From the NCBI GenBank assembly GCA_964016885.1, contig OZ024744.1:11780001-11844000 (forward strand): DNA of 64,000 bases. Reading direction: 5' to 3'. The notes below the pieces were generated by a model. It was not told where the DNA came from, searched no databases, and saw only the letters and a list, made by a program, of their open reading frames with translations. Positions 1 through 13,000 of the stretch are shown piece by piece (positions within the stretch are counted from its first letter, which is position 1; each line of letters starts with the position of its first letter). This DNA is from Eledone cirrhosa (Eukaryota). Position numbers and translations under genes: made by a program.

Positions 1-838
1 TCCAATATATCATGTTGTCGTACTCCAATATGTCATGTTATACTCCAATATGTTTTGATGCTGTACTCCAATATGTTGTGTTGTTGTACTAAAATATGTT
101 GTGTTGTTGTACTCCAATATGTTGTGTTGTTATACTCCAATATGTTGTGCTGTTGTACTCCAATATGTTGTGTTGTTATACTCCAATATGTAGTGTTGTT
201 ATACTCCAATATGTTATGTTGTTGTACTCCAATCTGTTGTGTTGTTATACTCCAATATATTGTGTTGTTATACTCCAATATGTTGTGTTGTTTTACTCCA
301 ATATGTTGTGTTGTTGTACTCCAATATGTTGTATTGTTGTTCTCCAATATGTCATGTTATACTCCAATAAGTTGTGTTCTTGTACTCCAATATGTTGTGT
401 TGTTGTACTCCAATATGTTGTGTTGTTGTACTCCAATATATCATGTTGTCGTACTCCAATATGTCATGTTATACTCCAATGTGTCATTGTTGTACTCCAA
501 TATGTCGTGTTGTTGTACTCCAATATGTCGTGTTGTTGTACTCCAATATGTTGTGTTGTTGTACTCCAATATGTTGTGTTGTTGTACTCCAATATGTTGT
601 GTTGTTATACTCCAATATGTTATGTTGTTGTACTCCAATATGTCATGTTGTTGTACTCCAATATGTTTTGATGTTGTACTCCAATATGTCGTGTTGTTAT
701 ACTCCAATATGTTATGATGTTGTACTCCAATATATTGTGTTGTTGTACTCCAATATGTTGTGTTGCTGTACTCCAATATGTTGTGTCGTTGTACTCCAAT
801 ACGTTGTGTTGTTGTACTCCAATATGTTGTGGTGTTGT

Positions 839-3800
839 ACTCCAATATGTTGTTGTACTCCAATATGTCATGTTGTCGTACTCCAATATTTCGTGTTGTT
901 GTACTCCAATATGTCATGGTGCTGTACTCCAATATGTTGTGTTGTTGTACTCCAATATGTTGTGTTGTTGTACTCCAATATGTTGTGTTGTTGTACTCCA
1001 ATATGTTGTGTTGTTGTACTCCAATATGTTGTGTTGTTGTACTCCAATATGTTGTGTTGTTGTACTCCAATATGCCATGTTGTTATACTCCAATATGTGG
1101 TGGTGTTGTACTCCAATATGTCATGTTGTTGTACTCCAATATTTCGTGTTGTTGTACTCCAATATGTCATAGGGGTTGTACTCCAATATGCTGTGTTGTT
1201 GTACTCCAATAGGTTGTGTTGTTGTACTCCAATATGCTGTGTTGGCTGTGCTCCAATACGTTGTGTTGTTGTACTCCAATAAGTTGTGTTCTTGTACTCC
1301 AATATGTTGTGTTGTTGTACTCCAATATGTTGTGTTGTTGTACTCCAATATGTTGTGTTGTTGTACTCCAATCTATATCGCTGTTGTACTCCAATATGTT
1401 GTGTTGTTGTACTCCAATATGTTGTGCTGTTGTACTCCAATATGTTGTGCTGTTGTACTCCAATATGTTGTGCTGTTATACTCCAATATATTGTGTTGTT
1501 ATACTCCAATATGTTGTGTTGTTGTACTCCAAAATATTGTGTTGTTATACTCCAATATGTTGTGTTGTTATACTCCAATATGTTGTGCTGTTATACTCCA
1601 ATATGTTGTGTTGTTGTACTCCAATATGGTGTGCTGTTATACTCCAATATTTTGTGTTGTTATACTCCAATATGTGGTATTGTTGTACTCCAATATGTTG
1701 TGCTGTTGTACTCCAATATGTTGTGTTGTTATACTCCAACATGTTGTGTTGTTATACTCCAATATGTTGTGTTGTTATACTCGAATATGTTGTGTTGTTA
1801 TACTAGAATATCTTGTGTTGTTATACTCGAATATGTTGTGCTGTTGTACTCCAATATGTAGTGTTGTTTATACTCCAATATGTTTTGCTGTTGTACTCCA
1901 ATATGTTGTGTTGCTGTACTCCTATATGTTGTGTTGTTATTCTCCAATATGTTGTGCTGTTGTACTCCAATGTGTTGTGTTGTTATACTCCAATATGTTG
2001 TGTTGATTTACTCCAATATGTTGTGTTGTTGTACTCCAATCTGTTGTGTTGTTATACTCCAATGTGTTGTGTTGTTATACTCCAATATGTTGTGTTGTTG
2101 TAGTCCAATATGTTGTGTTGTCGTACTCCAATATGTTGTGTTGTTATACTCCAATATTTCGTGTGGTTGTACTCCAATATGTCATGGTGTTGTACTTCAA
2201 TATGTCGTGTTGTTGTACTCCAATATGTTGTCTTGCTGTACTCCAATATGTTGTGTTGTTGTACTCCAATATCTTGTGTTCTTATACTCCAATATGTTGT
2301 GTTGTTATACTCCAATATGTTGTGTTGTTGTACTCCAATATGTTGTGCTGTTTTACTCCAATATGTTGTGTTGTTGTACTCCAATATGTTGTATTGTTTT
2401 TCTCCAATATGTCATGTTATACTCCAATAAGTTGTGTTCTTGTACTCCAATATGTTGTGTTGTTGTACTCCAATATATCATGTTGTCGTACTCCAATATG
2501 TCATGTTATACTCCAATATGTCATTGTTGTACTCCAATATGTCGTGTTGTTGTACTCCAATATGTCGTGTTGTTGTACTCCAATATGTTGTGTTGTTGTA
2601 CTCCAATATGTTGTGTTGTTGTACTCCAATATGTTGTGTTGTTATACTCCAATATGTTATGTTGTTGTACTCCAATATGTCATGTTGTTGTACTCCAATA
2701 TGTTTTGATGTTGTACTCCAATATGTTGTATTGTTGTACTCCAATATGTTTTGATGTTGTACTCCAATATGTTGTGTTGTTGTACTCCAATATGTTGTGT
2801 AGTCGTACTCCAATATGTTGTGTTGTTGTACTCCAATATGCTGTGATGTTGTACTCCAATATGATGTGCTGTTGTACTCCAATGCGTTGTGTTGTTGTAC
2901 TCCAATATGCTGTGTTGTTATACTCCAATATGTTGTGTTGTTGTACTCCAATATGTTGTGTTGTTGTACTCCAATATGTTGTGTTGTTGTAATCCAATAT
3001 CTTGTGTTGTTATACTCCAATATGTTGTGCTGTTGTACTCCAATATGTTGAGTTGTTATACTCCAATATGTAGTGTTGTTATACTCCAATATGTTGTGTT
3101 GTTGTACTCCAAGCTGTTGCGTTATACTCCAATATGTTGTGTTGTTATACTCCAATATGTTGTGTTGTTATACTCCAATATGTTGTGTTGTTTTACTCCA
3201 ATATGTTGTATTGTTGATCTCCAATATGTCATATTATACTCCAATAAGTTGTGTTCTTGTACTCCAATATGTGTTGTTGTTGTACTCCAATATGTTGCGT
3301 TGTTGTACTCCAATATATCATGTTGTCGTACTCCAATATGTCATGTTATACTCCAATATGTTTTGATTCTGTACTCCAATATGTTGTGTTGTTGTACTAC
3401 AATATGTTGTGTTGTTGTACTCCAATATGTTGTGTTGTTATACTCCAATATGTTGTGCTGTTGTACTCCAATATGTTGTGTTGTTATACTCCAATATGTA
3501 GTGTTGTTATACTCCAATATGTTGTGTTGTTGTACTCCAATCTGTTGTGTTGTTATACTCCAATATATTGTGTTGTTATACTCCAATATGTTGTGTTGTT
3601 TTACTCCAATATGTTGTGTTGTTGTACTCCAATATGTTGTATTGTTGTTCTCCAATATGTCATGTTATACTCCAATAAGTTGTGTTCTTGTACTCCAATA
3701 TGTTGTGTTGTTGTACTCCAATATGTTGTGTTGTTGTACTCCAATATATCATGTTGTCGTACTCCAATATGTCATGTTATACTCCAATATGTCGTTGTTA

Positions 3801-6800
3801 TACTCCAATATGTCATGATGTTGTACTCCAATATGTCGTGTTCTTGTACTCCAATATGTCGTGTTGTCGTACTCCAATATGTTGTGTTGTTGTACTCCAA
3901 TATGTTGTGCTGTTGTACTCCAATATGTTGTGTTGTTGTACTCCAATATGTTGTGTTGTTATACTCCAATATGTTGTGCTGTTGTACTCCAATATTTCGT
4001 GTTGTTGTACTCCAATACGTCGTGTTGTACTCCAATATGTTGTGTTGTTATACTCCAATATGTTATGTTGTTGTACTCCAATGTGTCTTGTTGTTGTACT
4101 CCAATATGTTTTGATGTTGTACTCCAATATGTTTTGTTGTTATTCTCCAATAAGTTGTGATGTTGTACTCCAATGTGTTGTGTTGTTGTACTCCAATGTG
4201 ACGTGTTGTTGTACTCCAATATGTTGTGCTGTTGTACTCCAATATTTTTTGTTTTTTGTACTCCAATATGTTGTGTTGTTATACTCCAATATGTTGTGTT
4301 GTTATACTCCAATATGGTGTGTTGTTGTACTCCAATATGTTGTATTGTTTTCTCCAATATGTCATGTTATACTCCAATATGGTGTGTTCGTGTACTCCAA
4401 TATGTTGTGTTATTGTACTCCAATATGTTGCGTTGTTGTACTCCAATATGTTGTGTTGTTATACTCCAATATGTCGTGTGGCTGTACTCCAATATGTCAT
4501 GTTGTTGTACTCCAATATGTCTTGTTATAGTCCAATATGTCGTGTTGTTGTACTCCAATATACCATGTAGTTGTACTCCAATATTTCGTGTTGTTGTACC
4601 CCAATATGTAGTGTTGTTTATACTCCAATATGTTTTGCTGTTGTACTCCAATATGTTGTGTTGCTGTACTCCTATATGTTGTGTTGTTATTCTCCAATAT
4701 GTTGTGCTGTTGTACTCCAATGTGTTGTGTTGTTATACTCCAATGTGTTGTGTTGTTATACTCCAATATGTTGTGTTGTTGTAGTCCAATATGTTGTGTT
4801 GTCGTACTCCAATATGTTGTGTTGTTATACTCCAATATTTCGTGTGGTTGTACTCCAATATGTCATGGTGTTGTACTTCAATATGTCGTGTTGTTGTACT
4901 CCAATATGTTGTCTTGTTGTACTCCAATCTGTTGTATTGTTGTACTTCAATATGTTCTGTTGTTGTACTCCAATATATTGTGTTGTTGTACACCAATATG
5001 TTGTGTTGTTGTACTCCAATATGCTGTGTTGTTGTACTCCAATATGTTGTGTTGTTGTACTCCAATATGTTGTGTTGTTGCACTCCAATATCTTGTGTTC
5101 TTATACTCCAATATGTTGTGTTGTTATACCCCAATATGTTGTGTTGTTGTACTCCAATATGTTGTGCTGTTGTACTCCAATATGATGTGCTGCTGTACTC
5201 CAATATGTTGTGTTGTACTCCAATGTGTTGTGTTGTTGTACTCCAATATGTTGTGTCGTTGTACTCCAATATTTTTTTTTGTTTTTGTACTCCAAAATGT
5301 TGTGTTGTTATACTCCAATATGTTGTGTTGGTGTACTCCAATATGGTGTGCTGTTGTACTCCAAATCTCGTGTTGTTATACTCCAATGTGTTGTGTTGTT
5401 ATACTCCAATATGGTGTGTTGTTGTACTCCAATATGTTGTTGTACTCCAATATGTCATGTTGTCGTACTCCAATATTTCGTGTTGTTGTACTCCAATATG
5501 TCATGGTGTTGTACTCCAATATGTTGTGTTGTTGTACTCCAATATGTTGTGTTGTTGTACTCCAATATGTTGTGTTGCTGTACTCCAATATGTTGTGTTG
5601 TTGTACTCCAATATGTTGTGTTGTTGTACTCCAATATGTTGTGTTGTTGTACTCCAATATGCCATGTTGTTATACTCCAATATGTGGTGGTGTTGTACTC
5701 CAATATGTCATGTTGTTGTACTCCAATATTTCGTGTTGTTGTACTCCAATATGTCATAGGGGTTGTACTCCAATATGCTGTGCTGCTGTACTCCAATAGG
5801 TTGTGTTGTTGTACTCCAATATGCTGTGTTGGCTGTGCTCCAATACGTTGTGTTGTTGTACTCCAATATGTTGTGATGCTGTACTCCAATATGTTGTGTT
5901 GTTGTACTCCAATATGTTGTGTTGTTGTACTCCAATATGTTGTGTTGTTGTACTCCAATCTATATCGCTGTTGTACTCCAATATGTTGTGTTGTTGTACT
6001 CCAATATGTTGTGCTGTTGTACTCCAATATGTTGTGCTGTTGTACTCCAATATTTTGTGCTGTTATACTCCAATATATTGTGTTGTTATACTCCAATATG
6101 TTGTGTTGTTGTACTCCAAAATATTGTGTTGTTATACTCCAATATGTTGTGTTGTTATACTCCAATATGTTGTGCTGTTATACTCCAATATGTTGTGTTG
6201 TTGTACTCCAATATGGTGTGCTGTTATACTCCAATATTTTGTGTTGTTATACTCCAATATGTGGTATTGTTGTACTCCAATATGTTGTGCTGTTGTACTC
6301 CAATATGTTGTGTTGTTATACTCCAACATGTTGTGTTGTTATACTCCAATATGTTGTGTTGTTATACTCTAATATGTTGTGTTGTTATACTAGAATATCT
6401 TGTGTTGTTATACTCGAATATGTTGTGCTGTTGTACTCCAATATGTCATGTTGTTGTACTCCAATGTATCATGTAGTTGTACTCCAATATTTCGTGTTGT
6501 TGTACCCCAATATGTAGTGTTGTTTATACTCCAATATGTTTTGCTGTTGTACTCCAATATGTTGTGTTGCTGTACTCCTATATGTTGTGTTGTTATTCTC
6601 CAATATGTTGTGCTGTTGTACTCCAATGTGTTGTGTTGTTATACTCCAATATGTTGTGTTGATTTACTCCAATATGTTGTGTTGTTGTACTCCAATCTGT
6701 TGTGTTGTTATACTCCAATGTGTTGTGTTGTTATACTCCAATATGTTGTGTTGTTGTAGTCCAATATGTTGTGTTGTCGTACTCCAATATGTTGTGTTGT

Positions 6801-9800
6801 TATACTCCAATATTTCGTGTGGTTGTACTCCAATATGTCATGGTGTTGTACTTCAATATGTCGTGTTGTTGTACTCCAATATGTTGTCTTGCTGTACTCC
6901 AATATGTTGTGTTGTTGTACTCCAATATCTTGTGTTCTTATACTCCAATATGTTGTGTTGTTATACTCCAATATGTTGTGTTGTTGTACTCCAATATGTT
7001 GTGCTGTTTTACTCCAATATGTTGTGTTGTTGTACTCCAATATGTTGTATTGTTTTTCTCCAATATGTCATGTTATACTCCAATAAGTTGTGTTCTTGTA
7101 CTCCAATATGTTGTGTTGTTGTACTCCAATATATCATGTTGTCGAACTCCAATATGTCATGTTATACTCCAATATGTCATTGTTGTACTCCAATATGTCG
7201 TGTTGTTGTACTCCAATATGTCGTGTTGTTGTACTCCAATATGTTGTGTTGTTGTACTCCAATATGTTGTGTTGTTGTACTCCAATATGTTGTGTTGTTA
7301 TACTCCAATATGTTATGTTGTTGTACTCCAATATGTCATGTTGTTGTACTCCAATATGTTTTGATGTTGTACTCCAATATGTTGTATTGTTGTACTCCAA
7401 TATGTTTTGATGTTGTACTCCAATATGTTGTGTTGTTGTACTCCAATATGTTGTGTAGTCGTACTCCAATATGTTGTGTTGTTGTACTCCAATATGCTGT
7501 GGTGTTGTACTCCAATATGATGTGCTGTTGTACTCCAATGCGTTGTGTTGTTGTACTCCAATATGCTGTGTTGTTATACTCCAATATGTTGTGTTGTTGT
7601 ACTCCAATATGTTGTGTTGTTGTACTCCAATATGTTGTGTTGTTGTAATCCAATATCTTGTGTTGTTATACTCCAATATGTTGTGCTGTTGTACTCCAAT
7701 ATGTTGAGTTGTTATACTCCAATATGTAGTGTTGTTATACTCCAATATGTTGTGTTGTTGTACTCTAATCTGTTGCGTTATACTCCAATATGTTGTGTTG
7801 TTATACTCCAATATGTTGTGTTGTTATACTCCAATATGTTGTGTTGTTTTACTCCAATATGTTGTATTGTTGATCTCCAATATGTCATATTATACTCCAA
7901 TAAGTTGTGTTCTTGTACTCCAATATGTGTTGTTGTTGTACTCCAATATGTTGCGTTGTTGTACTCCAATATATCATGTTGTCGTACTCCAATATGTCAT
8001 GTTATACTCCAATATGTTTTGATTCTGTACTCCAATATGTTGTGTTGTTGTACTACAATATGTTGTGTTGTTGTACTCCAATATGTTGTGTTGTTATACT
8101 CCAATATGTTGTGCTGTTGTACTCCAATATGTTGTGTTGTTATACTCCAATATGTAGTGTTGTTATACTCCAATATGTTGTGTTGTTGTACTCCAATCTG
8201 TTGTGTTGTTATACTCCAATATATTGTGTTGTTATACTCCAATATGTTGTGTTGTTTTACTCCAATATGTTGTGTTGTTGTACTCCAATATGTTGTATTG
8301 TTGTTCTCCAATATGTCATGTTATACTCCAATAAGTTGTGTTCTTGTACTCCAATATGTTGTGTTGTTGTACTCCAATATGTTGTGTTGTTGTACTCCAA
8401 TATATCATGTTGTCGTACTCCAATATGTCATGTTATACTCCAATATGTCGTTGTTATACTCCAATATGTCATGATGTTGTACTCCAATATGTCGTGTTCT
8501 TGTACTCCAATATGTCGTGTTGTCGTACTCCAATATGTTGTGTTGTTGTACTCCAATATGTTGTGCTGTTGTACTCCAATATGTTGTGTTGTTGTACTCC
8601 AATATGTTGTGTTGTTATACTCCAATATGTTGTGCTGTTGTACTCCAATATTTCGTGTTGTTGTACTCCAATACGTCGTGTTGTACTCCAATATGTTGTG
8701 TTGTTATACTCCAATATGTTATGTTGTTGTACTCCAATGTGTCTTGTTGTTGTACTCCAATATGTTTTGATGTTGTACTCCAATATGTTTTGTTGTTATT
8801 CTCCAATAAGTTGTGATGTTGTACTCCAATGTGTTGTGTTGTTGTACTCCAATGTGACGTGTTGTTGTACTCCAATATGTTGTGCTGTTGTACTCCAATA
8901 TTTTTTGTTTTTTGTACTCCAATATGTTGTGTTGTTATACTCCAATATGTTGTGTTGTTATACTCCAATATGGTGTGTTGTTGTACTCCAATATGTTGTA
9001 TTGTTTTCTCCAATATGTCATGTTATACTCCAATATGGTGTGTTCGTGTACTCCAATATGTTGTGTTATTGTACTCCAATATGTTGCGTTGTTGTACTCC
9101 AATATGTTGTGTTGTTATACTCCAATATGTCGTGTGGCTGTACTCCAATATGTCATGTTGTTGTACTCCAATATGTCTTGTTATAGTCCAATATGTCGTG
9201 TTGTTGTACTCCAATATACCATGTAGTTGTACTCCAATATTTCGTGTTGTTGTACCCCAATATGTAGTGTTGTTTATACTCCAATATGTTTTGCTGTTGT
9301 ACTCCAATATGTTGTGTTGCTGTACTCCTATATGTTGTGTTGTTATTCTCCAATATGTTGTGCTGTTGTACTCCAATGTGTTGTGTTGTTATACTCCAAT
9401 GTGTTGTGTTGTTATACTCCAATATGTTGTGTTGTTGTAGTCCAATATGTTGTGTTGTCGTACTCCAATATGTTGTGTTGTTATACTCCAATATTTCGTG
9501 TGGTTGTACTCCAATATGTCATGGTGTTGTACTTCAATATGTCGTGTTGTTGTACTCCAATATGTTGTCTTGTTGTACTCCAATCTGTTGTATTGTTGTA
9601 CTTCAATATGTTCTGTTGTTGTACTCCAATATATTGTGTTGTTGTACACCAATATGTTGTGTTGTTGTACTCCAATATGCTGTGTTGTTGTACTCCAATA
9701 TGTTGTGTTGTTGTACTCCAATATGTTGTGTTGTTGCACTCCAATATCTTGTGTTCTTATACTCCAATATGTTGTGTTGTTATACCCCAATATGTTGTGT

Positions 9801-10081
9801 TGTTGTACTCCAATATGTTGTGCTGTTGTACTCCAATATGATGTGCTGCTGTACTCCAATATGTTGTGTTGTACTCCAATGTGTTGTGTTGTTGTACTCC
9901 AATATGTTGTGTCGTTGTACTCCAATATTTTTTTTTGTTTTTGTACTCCAAAATGTTGTGTTGTTATACTCCAATATGTTGTGTTGGTGTACTCCAATAT
10001 GGTGTGCTGTTGTACTCCAAATCTCGTGTTGTTATACTCCAATGTGTTGTGTTGTTATACTCCAATATGGTGTGTTGTTGA
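839..10081 (+). repeat. Tandem HOR pair, ~4.6-kb unit (copy 1 839-5425; copy 2 5426-10081)
   Basis: Near-identical ORF translations at offsets 4587 (868/5455) and 4656 (1880/6536, 2889/7545, 4571/9227). Both copies start with the rare 18-bp monomer (839, 5426). Shared private variants: ACTAGAAT (~1802/6389), GATTCTGT (~3365/8021), CTCCAATAAGTTGTGATG (~4145/8801). Confidence 0.93.
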
Positions 10082-13000
10082 ACTCCAATATGTTGTATTG
10101 TTTTTCTCCAATATGTCATGTTATACTCCAATATGTCGTGTTGCTGTACTCCAATATGTCATGCTGTTGTACTCCAATATGTTTTGCTGTTGTACTCCAC
10201 CGTGTTGTGTTGTTGAACTCCAATACGTTGTGTTGTTGTTCTCCAATATTTTGTGCTGTTGTACTCCAATTTGTGTTGTTGTACTCCAATATGTTGTGTT
10301 GTTGTACTCCAATATGTTGTGTTGTTGTACTCCAATATGTTGTGTTGTTATACTCCAATATGTTGTGCTGTTGTACTCCAATATTTCGTGTTGTTGTACT
10401 CCAATACGTCGTGTTGTTGTACTCCAATATGTTTTGATGTTGTACTCAAATATGTTGTGTTGTTGTACTCCAATATGTTTTGATGTTGTACTCCAATATG
10501 TTGTGTTGTTGTACTCCAATATGTTGTGTAGTCTTACTCCAATATGTTGTGTTGTTGTACTCCAATATGTTGTGATGTTGTACTCCAATATGATGTGATG
10601 TTGTACTCCAATGCGTTGTGTTGTTGTACTCCAATGTGATATGTTGTTGTACTCCAATATGCTGTGCCATTGTACTCCAATATGTTGTGTTGTTATACTC
10701 CAATATGTTGTGCTGTTGTACTCCAAATCTCGTGTTGTTATACTCCAATGTGTTGTGTTGTTATACTCCAATATGGTGTGTTGTTGTAGTCCAATATGTT
10801 GTATTGTTTTTTTCCAATATGTCATGTTATACTCCAATATGTTGTGTTCGTGTACTCCAATATGTTGTGTTATTGTACTCCAATATGTTGCGTTGTTGTA
10901 CTCCAATATGTTGTGTTGTTATACTCCAATATGTTGTGTTGTTGTACTCCAATATGTTGTCTTGTTGTACTCCAAAAGGCCATGTTATCGTACTCCAATA
11001 TGTGTTGTTATACTCCAATATGTCGTGTGGCTGTACTCCAATATGTCATGTTGTTGTACTCCAATATGTCTTGTTATAGTCCAATATGTCGTGTTGTTGT
11101 ACTCCAATATGTCATGTAGTTGTATTCCAATATTTCGTGTTGTTGTACCCCAATATGTCGTGTTGTTTATACTCCAATATGTTTTGCTGTTGTACTCCAA
11201 TATGTTGTGTTGCTGTATTCCAATATGTTGTGTTGTTATTCTCCAATATGTTGTGCTGTTGTACTCCAATGTGTTATGTTGTTATACTCCAATATGTTGT
11301 GCTGTGCTACTCCAATATATTGTGTTGTTGTACTCCAATGTGTTGTGTTGTTATACTCCAATATGTTGTGTTGATTTACTCCTATATGTTGTGTTGTTGT
11401 ACTCCAATCTGTTGTGTTGTTATACTCCAATATGTTGTGTTGTTATACTCCAATATGTTGTGTTGTTTTACTCCAATATGTTGTGTTGTTGTACTCCAAT
11501 ATGTTGTGTTGTTGTACTCCAATATGTTGTGTTGTTGTAATCCAATATGTTGTGTTGTTATACTCCAATATGTTGTGTTGTTGTACTCCAATATGTTGTG
11601 TTGTTATACTCCAATATGTTGTGTTGTGATACTCCAATATGTTGTGCTGTTGTACTCCAATATGTTGTGTTGTTATACTCCAATATGTTGTGTTGTTTTA
11701 CTCCAATATGTTGTGTTGTTGTACTCCAATATGTTGTATTGTTGTTCTCCAATATGTCATGTTATACTCCAATAAGTTGTGTTCTTGTACTCCAATATGT
11801 TGTGTTGTTGTACTCCAATATATCATGTTGTCGTACTCCAATATGTCATGTTATACTCCAATATGTCGTTGTTATACTCCAATATGTCATGTTGTTGTAC
11901 TCCAATATGTCGTATTGTTATACTCCAATATGTTTTGATGTTGTACTCCAATATGTTGTGTTGTTGTACTCCAATATGTTGTGTAGTCGTACTCCAATAT
12001 GTTGTATTGTTATACTCCAATATGTTGTGCTGTTGTAATCCAATATGTTCTGTTGTTGTACTCCAATATATTGTGTTGTTGTACTCCAATATGTCGTGTT
12101 GTTGTACTCCAATATGTCGTGTTGTTGTACTCCAATATGTTGTGTTGTTGTACTCCAATATGTTGTGTTGTTGTACTCCAATATGTTGTGTTGTTATACA
12201 CCAATATGTTATGTTGTTGTACTCCAATATGTCATGTTGTTGTACTCCAATATGTTTTGATGTTGTACTCCAATATGTTGTGTTGTTGTACTCCAATATA
12301 TTTTGATGTTGTACTCCAATATGTTGTGTTGTTGTACTCCAATATGTTGTGTAGTCGTACTCCAATATGTTGTGTTGTTGTACTCCAATAAGCTGTGATG
12401 TTGTACTCCAATATGATGTGCTGTTGTACTCCAATGCGTTGTGTTGTTGTACTCCAATATGCTGTGTTGTTATACTCCAATATGTTGTGTTGTTGTACTC
12501 CAATATGTTGTGTTGTTGTACTCCAATATGTTGTGTTGTTGTAATCCAATATCTTGTGTTGTTATACTCCAATATGTTGTGCTGTTGTACTCCAATATGT
12601 TGAGTTGTTATACTCCAATATGTAGTGTTGTTATACTCCAATATGTTGTGTTGTTGTACTCCAATCTGTTGCGTTATACTCCAATATGTTGTGTTGTTAT
12701 ACTCCAATATGTTGTGTTGTTATACTCCAATATGTTGTGTTGTTTTACTCCAATATGTTGTATTGTTGATCTCCAATATGTCATATTTTACTCCAATAAG
12801 TTGTGTTCTTGTACTCCAATATGTGTTGTTGTTATACTCCAATATGTTGCGTTGTTGTACTCCAATATATCATGTTGTCGTACTCCAATATGTCATGTTA
12901 TACTCCAATATGTTTTGATGCTGTACTCCAATATGTTGTGTTGTTGTACTACAATATGTTGTGTTGTTGTACTCCAATATGTTGTGTTGTTATACTCCAA

